Source: an uncultured Chloroflexia bacterium (lineage in GTDB: Bacteria; Chloroflexota; Limnocylindria; Limnocylindrales; CSP1-4). From it: a stretch of DNA of 64,000 bases. The position numbers and the translations under genes are program-made. Below the pieces are notes generated by a model. It saw only the letters and a list, made by a program, of their open reading frames with translations, was not told the DNA's origin and did no database searches. The stretch lies in NCBI GenBank assembly GCA_963814315.1, contig CAWFCG010000001.1, positions 586,903-650,902 of the forward strand, written 5' to 3'. Position 1 is the first letter of the stretch; every line of letters begins with the position of its first letter. This document shows, piece after piece, positions 9,605-19,267 of this stretch.

Positions 9605-10531
9605 TCACTCCCCGGGAGTCGGAGCGCGGCGCAGCTCGTAGAGCCAGCGGATATCGCACCCCAGGGGCCGAGCGGATGCGTCCCCGAAGTTGGTGACACC
9701 GGTGAAGACCGCCTCGACCACAAAGCGGTCCCCATCCGTCGGGAACGTCACGGACGCGACCTCTGCGGCTTCGGTCGAGAGGTCCGGGTTGGCGATGGCG
9801 AAGCCGCTCATGCCGATGCGGCCGCCGGGGACATCGCGCAGACCCGCGGTGAGTCGGCCGCCGCCACTTATCGAGTCAGGCTTCCCTTTCCTCGTTCCGG
9901 AAACGACCAACGCGTGGTGGAGTTCGACCGTCGCTCCCGGTGTTGCCGACCAGGGAGGCGGCTCGAAGGCCCAGGTGAAGCTCAACTCCGATACATCCTG
10001 CTCAAGGTAGCTCGAGCGGTAGCCGTAGTCGATCGACTCGTCAGAGACGGCACATTCGACGAACGAGCCGGACCGATCGGGGTTGCCGGGATGCAACTCC
10101 CGGCGCTGGGGACGCGCTTCGGGGTTGTGGATGGGACGGGTCCTGACCCAGAGCCCCGTCTCGGCCGCGTCCGCCGCCGGAAGCACCACCACCAGGGCAT
10201 CATCCGAGCCGCCGTAGGTGGTATTCCGCAGCACGACTTCGTAGGCGCCGGGCTCCGTGAAGGTGTAGTCGTATCGCTCGTCAGCACAGGGCATGGACGT
10301 GACCGATCGACCGTCGATGGCGATCTCGCAATCGGGCTCGGAGGCGGCGGTCTTGCGCCAGACGAAGCCCACGTCGAGCGGCGCGCTGCCCTCATTGGGT
10401 ACGGCCTCGAACTCGGTGATCCCCTGCGAGATGTTGTTGGCCACGAAGACGAGCCCCGAGCATCCGGACAGCACCACGACAGCCGCGGACGCCAGCCCGA
10501 TCGACATCACCTTCCCACGTCCGGTTCCCAT
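9605..10531 (-). CDS. secreted lipoprotein of unknown function
   Basis: AGGAGG sits 6 nt upstream of the ATG at 10529-10531. Lipobox VVLSGC in MGTGRGKVMSIGLASAAVVVLSGCSG. Ig/PKD-like sequence features. The ORF track's longer N-terminal extension is Arg-rich and unlikely to be translated. Confidence 0.5.
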   Translation of the reverse strand: MGTGRGKVMSIGLASAAVVVLSGCSGLVFVANNISQGITEFEAVPNEGSAPLDVGFVWRKTAASEPDCEIAIDGRSVTSMPCADERYDYTFTEPGAYEVVLRNTTYGGSDDALVVVLPAADAAETGLWVRTRPIHNPEARPQRRELHPGNPDRSGSFVECAVSDESIDYGYRSSYLEQDVSELSFTWAFEPPPWSATPGATVELHHALVVSGTRKGKPDSISGGGRLTAGLRDVPGGRIGMSGFAIANPDLSTEAAEVASVTFPTDGDRFVVEAVFTGVTNFGDASARPLGCDIRWLYELRRAPTPGE

Positions 10532-10833
10532 CGAGCACCTCCTGCTATCTCGGCCGTCCGACGTTGCCTTGACTCGGGTGGTCAGGTCTGCGTGTCGAGG
10601 ACCTCCGACATGGGTCGAGCGATGACGACGCTGGGGGTGAACCTTGCCACGGGGCTGGCTCCTTCTCCATTCGCCGGGCGACCACGTCGGGCTGGATGCC
10701 CGGCGCCGGTTGGGCCCCCGCGTGCGCACCACCCTCGCCTGCGAGCGGAGGATAGCCGCTGACCCATCGGACAGGAAGTCGACCTTTGCGGCACTCTTCT
10801 GGCGCGGGCCGGCCGTGATCCGTGGCCGTGACC

Positions 10834-12186
10834 TTACTCGGCCGCCGCCACGGCCTCGGGGATGATCACGTAGAGGGCGTTCTCGGCGACGCTCCAGGCA
10901 TGACCATCGGGCCCGAACACCCGGTCGGTGCCGCCCGGGAGGTCCTGCGCTCTGAGCCCGTCCGCATCGAGGACCAGCTGACCGTCGAGGAACCAGACCG
11001 TTCCGTCGTCGAGGACGTGGGGGCCGTCGCTGTAACGGACTGTCGCGTTCAGAGCGTCCAACATTCGTGTCACGCTAAGCTCGACCTCGAACGGGCGATA
11101 GGTCGTCCACGCATCACCATCCCAGGTCCTGAGCACGAGGGTGACGAATGCCATGCCCTCTCGCGGGGACTGCCGGTTGTACGACTCGACGACCCAGACC
11201 GCGCCATCGGGGCCGACCGACATGTCGTCGGGGCCCAACCGGACCGAGCCATCGACGAGCGACACCACTGCCTGATCGGAGGGGATCCGTTCCCAGGTGC
11301 TGCCGTCGTAGCGCACGAGGCCCGCAAATCTGGACCCGGGCGAGCGGACGGTGGCCCACAGCGTCCCGTCATCGGCGATGGTGACCGACCCGATGTGTCT
11401 ATCCGACGTGAGTCCAAGCTCCTCGGGAGCGACGTCGACCCAGCCACCGTCATGGTCGTCCCGGCCGAGAGAAGCCTCGAGGAGGGTCCAGCAGTCGCCG
11501 TCGGCCGCGATCCCGCCCTGCCCACCCTCGCTGACCTCGTCGCAGGGCGAGGGCTCGTGATCGACCCAGGCCTCGCCGTCGAAGAGTCGCGCACGTGCCC
11601 CATCAGAGACGACCGGAGCGCCGTCCACGGTGAAGAGCTCCCACAGGTCCTTTCGATCGAGCTCACGCGACACCCCGGGCTCCCCGAGGCGGACGATGTC
11701 CCAGCTCTTCGATGAACCGAGCTCGACCCACACGTCGCCCTCGGGCGTCACGGTCACGTCGTAGACCTGGTCGGAGAGATCGCGGTGTCCATCGCTCAGC
11801 ACCCGGTACACCCCCGGCTCGACCTCCTCGGTGACGAGGTCCACGCCTGGCAGAAGGTCAGCGGCGACCGATATCTCGGAATCGGCTGAGGCCTCGGCAG
11901 TCGGTGCCGACTCCGGGGACGACGAAGCGGACGCGATCGCAGCCGGAGCCTCTTGCCTCGGTTCGGTCGTGAGGATGCCCGTGAGCAGGAAGCCGCCGAA
12001 CAGCGCCACGATGGCACTGGCGACGACGAACTTGGTCGCGCTGATCATGGTCTGGAACCTCCACTTGGGGGACTGGGTGGCGGTGATGGCGTTGAAGATC
12101 GCGGCATCATCGACAGGCTCCGACGGCCCCATCCCACGGATGACCTCGCCCGCGACTCGTCGCTCGAAGGTTTGCGTGTCATCCAT
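10834..12186 (-). CDS. membrane anti-sigma factor C (paralog of A) with extracytoplasmic propeller-like repeat domain
   Basis: ATG at 12184-12186 overlaps the sigma C stop. TM segment FVVASAIVALFGGFLLTGIL. DGTLWATV / DGAVWVVE / DGTVWFLD repeats. Confidence 0.65.
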   Translation of the reverse strand: MDDTQTFERRVAGEVIRGMGPSEPVDDAAIFNAITATQSPKWRFQTMISATKFVVASAIVALFGGFLLTGILTTEPRQEAPAAIASASSSPESAPTAEASADSEISVAADLLPGVDLVTEEVEPGVYRVLSDGHRDLSDQVYDVTVTPEGDVWVELGSSKSWDIVRLGEPGVSRELDRKDLWELFTVDGAPVVSDGARARLFDGEAWVDHEPSPCDEVSEGGQGGIAADGDCWTLLEASLGRDDHDGGWVDVAPEELGLTSDRHIGSVTIADDGTLWATVRSPGSRFAGLVRYDGSTWERIPSDQAVVSLVDGSVRLGPDDMSVGPDGAVWVVESYNRQSPREGMAFVTLVLRTWDGDAWTTYRPFEVELSVTRMLDALNATVRYSDGPHVLDDGTVWFLDGQLVLDADGLRAQDLPGGTDRVFGPDGHAWSVAENALYVIIPEAVAAAE

Positions 12187-12727
12187 CGCCCAGATCCTCT
12201 CGGAGTCGCTTGAGCAACCGCTCGATGCGGCTGCGGGTGCCCGACGGGCTGATACCAGTCGCGTCAGCGAGTTCGGTGGAGTTGAAGCCAGCGCCGAAGC
12301 GCATGGCGAGCAGCGCCCGGTCGTCAGGATCGAGACGGGCCAGTGCGCGGCGAAGGTCGATGGTGTCGACATCGCCGCTCGGGTCCATACCACCCGGGTC
12401 ACTCAAGCCATCGGACGGGACCTCGATCTCGGCTCGCCTGAGGCGCTTGCGCAGGAGCTGCTTGGCCTCATTGACCGCGACCGCCATGAGCCAGGATCGC
12501 AGCCTCGCGGGTTCGCGGACGCTGCCGATCTTCTTCCAGGCGATGACCCAGGCGGCCTGCGTGGCCTCGTCCGCGACGGCGCGATCACCGACCACGTACA
12601 GGCAGACCCGGCGCATGTCGTCGTGGTGCGCCGCGATGATGCGGCGGAAAGCGTACTCGTCGCCGGCAGCCGCAGACGCGATCAGGTCACTGGCATCGTG
12701 TTTGGCCAACCGCGTCACTGCCTCCAT
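12179..12727 (-). CDS. ECF sigma factor C (close paralog of sigma A, same length)
   Basis: 182 aa, collinear with sigma A (e.g. RALARLDPDDRALLAMRFGAGFNSTELADATGISPSGTRSRIERLLKRL). Confidence 0.85.
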   Translation of the reverse strand: MEAVTRLAKHDASDLIASAAAGDEYAFRRIIAAHHDDMRRVCLYVVGDRAVADEATQAAWVIAWKKIGSVREPARLRSWLMAVAVNEAKQLLRKRLRRAEIEVPSDGLSDPGGMDPSGDVDTIDLRRALARLDPDDRALLAMRFGAGFNSTELADATGISPSGTRSRIERLLKRLREDLGDG

Positions 12728-12790
12728 ACCTCAAAGATGCGTGGCGTCAGACCTACTGTCTCAGGTCGATGCAATCTCTCGCGCGACTCG
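12728..12790 (-). promoter_or_regulatory. putative promoter of sigma C sharing the CTGAGACA-N18-ATCT motif with sigma A
   Basis: Minus-strand sequence cgacCTGAGACAgtaggtctgacgccacGCATCTTtgaggtATG. Confidence 0.4.
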
Positions 12791-13081
12791 CGACACTCAA
12801 CGGCCCTGCGTCGCTTCGGAAGCGGACCGTGCACGGCGAACCGGCTACGACTGCCTGTAGGTGCTCGATGCACATCGTGCCCGGGCCACTCGGGGCGACC
12901 TCGTGACCGCCGCCGCCGACCGCGCGGCAACCGGGACGATCGTGGAACGCACGAGCCGCTTGCTCCACACGGAGACACAGCGTCCTCATGAGACAAATAT
13001 GACCTTGACATTTGAGAAAGCACGGTCCATCGTCCCCGCTCTCTACCGCCATGTCAGGCGGGGCAAGACGCGGAGCGTTGC

Positions 13082-15968
13082 TTGGACGCTGGGGGTCAGG
13101 TCGGGTCAAGGGCCGGACACACGCGAGGGGTCGCGCGTCACCCCGTTCTTTTCGTCCTCTGCGTGACGTTCGCGCTCATCACCGGTCTCGCCGGCTGGGG
13201 TGATCCCGCGGTACGTGCCGCCGAAACGCTGACCCCACCACCGGCCCCGTTGTCAGTCGCGATCGACGTGGTGGGGTCGCCCTCAACGGTGATGGTCGGC
13301 CAGCCCGTGCTGATCACGATGCATGCCAGAGGCGCCAAGGACATCGTCGCGCTCGAGCTGTGGGAGAGCGACCGATCGGTGGCCGTGCTGCCGGCGGATG
13401 GCCCGCGCACCACGATGTCCTCGGGTTGGGAGTGGACGCCGGGCGCCCCTGGCGATGTTGCACTCTTCGCTCGCGCGACCGATGTCGCCGGGAGCGTCGC
13501 CAACTCGAACGCCGTACACATCCGCATCCTGGGGGATAGGCGGCGGACGTCGCGTGGCGCTCCCACACCAGGCGATCCGAGTCCACCCAGTGCCTCGGCC
13601 GACCCTGCGTCAGACCTGGCGATCGAAGTGGTCGGCTGCCACGCATCGCTGCGACTGCAGCCGGACGCGGGTGCAGCGGGGATCTCGATCCACCATCTCG
13701 CGCCGACCGGCTCCGCCTTCCGACGGATCGTCACCGTGGCCGCTCCGGAAGCGAGCTTCACGTACGACCTCCCACTCAGCCCCGGGCTGCATCTCCTCAG
13801 CCGATCTGTCTTCGACGACGCGACCGAGCGATACGGACGGGTCGTGGCGGTCAACGCGCCGCAGCGCTGTGGCCATGCCGGATGGCGTGGGAAGGCACGC
13901 CTCATGTCGGGGCGGTTGCGGGTGCCCGCCAACGTCGACCGCGGGTATCTCTACATGAGGATCGATGGCGGTCCCGCCGTCCGTGTCCCTGGCGACCCCC
14001 GCACCTTCGTGGTGGCAGTCGACGGTATCCTGGACTTCAGCCGACACCTGCCACCGCTGACGGGGCAGGAGCTGTCGTTCGAGGCTTGGGCCTGGGCCAA
14101 CGGGCGGCTGGTTGATCTTGGCGCCGGGCGGTTCGACATCAAATCGGCACGGAGCGATTTCGCGCGGAGCCCGGGATCCATGGGTCTCAGCCTGGCTGGC
14201 GACCTGGACACCGCCGGGTTCATCGGGTACGGGGCTAGCACCTCGCTCGACATGGTGGTGATCAAGGGCGGTGGTGAGTATCGTCGAGCAACTCGCACGC
14301 GACGGTGGCCTGACATTTCCCACCGAGCCTGCCGGGCAGCCGATCTTTCGAACCTTGCGCTGGACGACCAGCCTGCCGGGCGTGACCTCCGTCGTCTGGC
14401 AAATCCTGCCCTATGCGCCAGGTATCTCACCCGACCTCACGCCGCCCTTCGCCATCGACCTGTGGTCCGAGCAGGTTCCCGAGGGAACCACGTCGGGCAG
14501 CTTCGGTGTGGACTTCAGCCTCTATCTGGAGAAGCCGGCCACCGTCGCGATCAGAGCGCTGGAGCTCGGGCTCGGGGTGAGTCCGGAGACAGCCATCCTC
14601 GGCGACCCCATCCTGCCGGGAGCATCACCGACGATCCCGCAGCCGGAGACCGTCTCGCAGGCTCAGCCGGCGATCGGGGGAGAGCTGATGGCTCCGGCCG
14701 CGTCGTGGCCGGTCGCCTTCCTCGGTGACTTCTACGTTCGGGTCGTGCCCATGGCCGGTGCCGTTCCCATGCCCGCATCGAACTACGTCCGATTGAGCAT
14801 CGGGGAGGCCGGTACGGACGGGGTCATCAAGCCACCGTCTATTCCGACCTGTGAGGAGTGCGGGTCCAGCCCGGGCGCCCTGGGAGTCTCCTGGAGCTTC
14901 ACCTTGCCCACGCCGGCCAACCCGAAGTACACCGCGTGCGCCGTCGTGACCGGCTTCGCCCAGGACTACCTGAAGCCACCGGCCTGGTGGCCATACAGCT
15001 ACAAGGTGGGCAAGGTCCTCTGTCCCGACCCGCCTGACGATGGCTGGAGCGTCTGGGATGCCTTCGACGCGGTCGTCTCGTTCGTAGCGGACGTATGGGA
15101 CTTCGTCTCTTCCTCGTACGCCTGGATCAAGCAACAGGTGGTGTCTGCCGTGCTCATCGCAGTGCCCTGCCAGGCCATCGCGGACAAGTCGGTCTGCGAA
15201 AGCGTGGCCAACATGGCGCTCGATGCCGTCGCCGTGGGTTTCGGCATCCCGCCGTCCATCCCGGACTTCGATGCGACGATGGCAGCACTGAAGGGTGATG
15301 TGGTGGAATTCGTCGTGGAGAATGCGGCCAAGCAATTCCCGGCCGTGGCGCTGGCCTGCGACATCGCGTCAGTTGGCACGTCGGCGGGCGCCGGTATCAA
15401 GAACTGCGAGGACCTGGCCGCCATCGCCGTCGATGAGGTCCTGAAGCAGATGGCCACCGCACGCAGCACAGCTGCCGGCAAAGCAACCGGGAAGGCATGG
15501 CCGGGCGTTCTCTTCGAGCCGGATCCGCGCGGTCAGTGGCAACCGCCGAGCGTGACCTTCACGGCAACGCGCACCAGCGACCCCGTGCAGCCCGCGACGT
15601 GCTGGGTAGGAGCTGCGATGTCGTCCACGCTGCACGACTGGGAGTGGCCTGAGCTCGTCGCTGGCCACACCGAGACAGGCTCTGGTGACATCAAGGGCTC
15701 ACCCCTGTTGCCCGAGGCCGTGGCCCTGCCGCCACTGAAGCCCGGCGAGTCCGTGACCCGCACGCTGTGGCTCGATGACTACGCGACCTGGTTCGAGAGC
15801 GGGGATTCCTACGAGTACTGGTACTACGCCAAAGCACTGGAGCACCCCAATCGGGCGTGGGCGCTACTGCAACAGGGCGCCCAACTGACCTTCACCGTAT
15901 CGAGCAACTGCGGTCCTACCAGCTCCATCGGGCCGGTCACCCTGCAAAAGTCAGCGACGAAGCCATGA
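13082..15968 (+). CDS. large secreted protein (~960 aa) of unknown function with N-terminal Ig-like region. Apparent +1 frameshift near 14262-14275 splits it into ORFs 13082-14272 and 14271-15968
   Basis: N-terminal hydrophobic signal segment (VLFVLCVTFALITGLAGWG). Frame 2 is protein-like to ...TSLDMVVIKGGGEY and then Arg-rich. Frame 0 opens at 14262 and is protein-like through to 15968 (many Cys pairs, WDFVSSSYAWIKQ...). Confidence 0.5.
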
Positions 15969-16840
15969 GCGTGCTCGTGCCGTTGCTCACCTGGCTGACG
16001 GCGGTCCTCACCGCGATCACCCTGATCGTGTCGTCGTTGAGCGCGCCCTCGTTCGACGAGCATTCCGGGGCTCGCGCCTGGTTCGACGAGCCCCTGCCGG
16101 GCACGATCGTACTGAGACAGCCTCTGGCGGTAGTTGGTCATGCCACAGCCGCCGAGGGGGTCGCCCAGGTCGATCTCATCGTCGACGGTGTGGTCGTGGC
16201 CAGCGAGACGTTCGCACCTGGACGCGTAGCTGGCGACCGGCCAGCAATCCTCAGGACTGCGCATATGACCTGGAAAGCGCCTTCGCCAGGACGTCACCTG
16301 CTGATGCTCCAGCCGACCGATCCGAGTGGCGCGCAGGGGATACCAGCCAAGATCGTCATCGAAGTCAGCGCGGAACGGCCGACGCCCAAGCCGACGCCCA
16401 GGCCCACCCCGCGACCGACACCACGAGCGACACCCAAGCCTGAGCCCAAACCTACACCGAAGCGGCCGCCACAGGACACAGCAAAGCCCAAGCCCACGCC
16501 AAGGCCTACACCGAAGCCCTGCGTGCCATCGCCGCCTGGCCTGGTCGCCCCACCTGACTTCTTCCTGATCGCCGAGCCGGCAGCCAATCCCCCGACCTTC
16601 CGCTGGAACGCCGCTCGCGGCGCAGGCTGCAAGTCGACCGGCTACGTGGTCGAGGTGACCAATAACGATGGGGGCATCGTCCTGCAGCAGCGCCTTCGCG
16701 CCGACGCACGGTCATGGACGCCGAGTGACACGTTTGCGAACTGTCAAGCATATCGCTGGCGCGTCCGGTCCATCGGGCCGGGAGGAGCCGGTCGCTTCAG
16801 CTCCCGCCGGTCCTTCGCCATCTCGTATCGCTGCGACTAG
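15965..16840 (+). CDS. membrane-anchored protein with Pro/Thr-rich (PTPKP)n linker and C-terminal Fn3-like domain. Start overlaps the upstream stop (ATGA)
   Basis: MSVLVPLLTWLTAVLTAITLIVSSL signal/anchor. Linker RPTPKPTPRPTPRPTPRATPKPEPKPTPKRPPQDTAKPKPTPRPTPKP. C-terminal YVVEVTNNDGG...YRWRVRSIG. Confidence 0.55.
   Translation: MSVLVPLLTWLTAVLTAITLIVSSLSAPSFDEHSGARAWFDEPLPGTIVLRQPLAVVGHATAAEGVAQVDLIVDGVVVASETFAPGRVAGDRPAILRTAHMTWKAPSPGRHLLMLQPTDPSGAQGIPAKIVIEVSAERPTPKPTPRPTPRPTPRATPKPEPKPTPKRPPQDTAKPKPTPRPTPKPCVPSPPGLVAPPDFFLIAEPAANPPTFRWNAARGAGCKSTGYVVEVTNNDGGIVLQQRLRADARSWTPSDTFANCQAYRWRVRSIGPGGAGRFSSRRSFAISYRCD
16375..16505 (+). repeat. tandem degenerate 15-nt repeats encoding the (P-T-P-K/R-P) linker
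   Basis: Repeated ccgacgcccaagccg / acgcccaggcccacc / ccgcgaccgacacca units seen directly in the sequence. Confidence 0.6.
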
Positions 16841-16958
16841 CCGGCATCACTCAGCACAGGTCGAGGTCCAGCGCCCCCGAGAACTTGGCGTCACTGAGGG
16901 TGTTGGAACAGGCGTTCGCGCCGTTCACCTCGAAGGGGCGAACGATCCCAACTAGTGT

Positions 16959-17564
16959 GTGGTGGGCCTCTACCTCGACCCGCCCGCTGGCGCGGTCGTC
17001 CTGTCGGTCGATGAGAAGACGCAGATCGGGGCACTCGACCGCACCCAGCCGATGCTGCCGATGCGACCGGGCCAGGTGGAGCGCCATACCCACGACGACA
17101 CCCGTCACGGCACGACCTGCCTGTTCGCCGCACTCGAAGTGGGTAGCGGGCAGGTCACGACCGACCACCGCGTCCGCCACACCGGGGCCGACTTCCTCGC
17201 GTTCATGAAGCGGGTTGCCCGGACCTATCCGGAGCAGGAGCTGCACATCGTGCTCGACAACGTCTCTTCCCACAAGACGCCTGCGATCCGGGAGTGGCTC
17301 GAGAAGCACCCTCACATCACCTTCCACTTCACCCCCACCTCGACCTCCTGGATGAACCAGATCGAGACCTGGTTCGGCATCCTCAGCCGCGGGGCCATCC
17401 GTCGTGGCAGCTTCGGGAGCGTCAAGGAGCTCATCGCCATGATCGATGCCTTCACCCGCCAGTGGAACGAGGGTGCCAGCCCCTTCCTCTGGGTCAAGGA
17501 CGCTGCCCAGATCCTGGCCAAGGCGGTGCGCAAGCCACGAGCCAACAGTGGATCGGGACACTAG
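16959..17564 (+). mobile_element. IS630-family (DDE_3) transposase remnant: C-terminal ~200 aa only, N-terminal HTH portion missing, in-frame stop at 16953
   Basis: VGLYLDPPAGAVVLSVDEKTQIGALDRTQP...RHGTTCLFAAL...IVLDNVSSHKT...FHFTPTSTSWMNQIETWF are hallmark IS630-family motifs. The upstream frame is closed by TAG at 16953-16955. Confidence 0.7.
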
Positions 17565-17839
17565 CCCCTTTGGCACTGCCTGGATGCGAGGGTCCTGAGC
17601 CCAGCCGAAATCGTCCCCGGCCCGCACTTGGCCCCGTGTGCGACCTTGGGTCCGTTCGCTGCCGATGCGGGTGTTGCCAGTGCCACAGATGATACGAGGA
17701 GCCCGACCAGGGGCAGACCAAGCGTGCCCGGCTTCGCAGTCGGCGCTTCGGAGATGCCCATCAACCCAGCCCCCAACACTGCCGTGAGACCGTGGAGGGG
17801 TGCCCGATAACGGCACGCTCGATCGGACACAAGCCTCAC
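17565..17839 (-). pseudogene. 5' fragment (leader, signal peptide and ~35 codons) of a second copy of the secreted-repeat gene, truncated exactly at the IS630 remnant boundary
   Basis: MGISEAPTAKPGTLGLPLVGLLVSSVALATPASAANGPKV... aligns with copy 1 at the DNA level from the leader to ...ccaaagggg, then meets CTAG (17561-17564), the end of the transposase ORF. Confidence 0.6.
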
Positions 17840-18205
17840 TCAGAGCTTGGCCAGCCTTGATCCGGCTCGGCCAACGGAGGCCTGGACGCGACCAGGCCTC
17901 CACCGCTCCACCACAGAGGCGAGCGCCCCTCGTCATGCTCCGTGGTTGCGACCTGCGGCGACTAGGTGACGAACTTCGGCGGCTTGGGCTTCTTGGGCTT
18001 GGGCGGTCTCTTCGGGGTCTTGTCACCCATCTGGCACCTCCTTGTACTGGCTTGCGACTCAAACGTCCTGTCACGTGGCCAGTCGGCCACCTCGGGTCCC
18101 GGTCTCCAGGGACACCGAACCGTCACTACCATATCGGTCTCCGCCGAAGTCGGCGCGGTCCAAGGGTGGCCTATTGGTGGGCTTCAGGCTTGCGGTGCGG
18201 CGGGC

Positions 18206-19267
18206 CTAGGGCATGACCACCGGCTCGACCGGATACGGTGCGAGCAACTCGCCGCCCTGGGGCGTGACACGGTAGACATCCTCGAAGCGCGCGCCGCCGA
18301 AGCCGGGGATGGCCAGTACCGGATGGCCGATGGTGAACGTCATACCCTCACGCATAGGCACGTTCTTATGCGGCGGGATGATGGTCGGGGCCGGGGTCTC
18401 CTCAAACCGCAGCCCAAGGCCGTGGCCGATGCCGTAGACGTGGAACATGCCCAGGCCGTGACGGTCGTAGACGTCGTGCGCCACGGCGTCGAGCTTGGCC
18501 GGCGTGGCGCCCGGGACAAGCACGCGTCGCACGGCCTCCACCGCCTCAAGGTAGGCATCGATGAGGCCCTGCTGGCGCTCGTCGGGCTGACCCACCACGA
18601 AGGTACGGGCGAGATTGGCGCAGTAGCCCTCCACCTGTGGCGTGAGGTCGACGATGACCATCTCGCCGGCGGCCAGCGGCTGGGGACTCTGGCGGCCGTG
18701 AAGCATGCAGCTCTCGATGCCGAAGTTGGCCCAGGGCGGCGTGCTCGTCGACTCGGCCCCGGCGCGCATCATGGTGTAGAGCGCCTCGGTCACGACCTCG
18801 TGGGCGGTGACGCCCGGCCGGAGCAGCTCACGGGCGCGATCCATCCCCAGGCCGGCGATGCGCTGTGCCTGTGTCATGAGCTCGATCTCACCGGGGTCCT
18901 TGATCATCCGAAGCGGGTCCATGATCGCGTCGGAGGTCACCACCTCCATTCCCGGGTTCACCTTGCGGAACATGTCCAGGAGGAATGCCGGCGTCTCGAA
19001 CCACTGCTGCATGCCCACCTTGGGGCGTTCTCCGGACGGGACATCGGACGCAGCGGCGATCTGGTTCAGGCGGGAAACGACGTCATTGATCTGGCCGCCG
19101 ACCGTGGTGAAGACCTGGACTCGGCCTTCATCGATGCCAGCTCGCAACTCCGGCTCCTCGCCGGCGAAGGCCACGATCTCGGCCGGCCCGGACGCAGGGA
19201 TGAGCGCGCGCGGCTGCGAGCGGTCCTCACCGAACAGGTATCGGAAGTCGTCGTGGTTCATGACCAC
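18206..19267 (-). CDS. M24-family metallopeptidase (Xaa-Pro aminopeptidase / creatinase-prolidase fold)
   Basis: 353 aa with a creatinase N-terminal-like region and a pita-bread domain (HGLGMFHVYGIGHGLG...EGMTFTIGHPVL). Confidence 0.8.
   Translation of the reverse strand: MVMNHDDFRYLFGEDRSQPRALIPASGPAEIVAFAGEEPELRAGIDEGRVQVFTTVGGQINDVVSRLNQIAAASDVPSGERPKVGMQQWFETPAFLLDMFRKVNPGMEVVTSDAIMDPLRMIKDPGEIELMTQAQRIAGLGMDRARELLRPGVTAHEVVTEALYTMMRAGAESTSTPPWANFGIESCMLHGRQSPQPLAAGEMVIVDLTPQVEGYCANLARTFVVGQPDERQQGLIDAYLEAVEAVRRVLVPGATPAKLDAVAHDVYDRHGLGMFHVYGIGHGLGLRFEETPAPTIIPPHKNVPMREGMTFTIGHPVLAIPGFGGARFEDVYRVTPQGGELLAPYPVEPVVMP

Noticed and set aside
9593-10762. 389-aa plus-strand ORF opposite the lipoprotein gene
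   Set aside because: Arg/Gly-rich GC artefact. The lipoprotein frame has a strong SD, a lipobox and domain-like sequence.
16851-18074. 407-aa minus-strand ORF spanning the IS remnant
   Set aside because: Arg/Gly/Pro-rich, stop-free antisense frame typical of high-GC DNA. It overlaps a transposase fragment with clear homology on the other strand.
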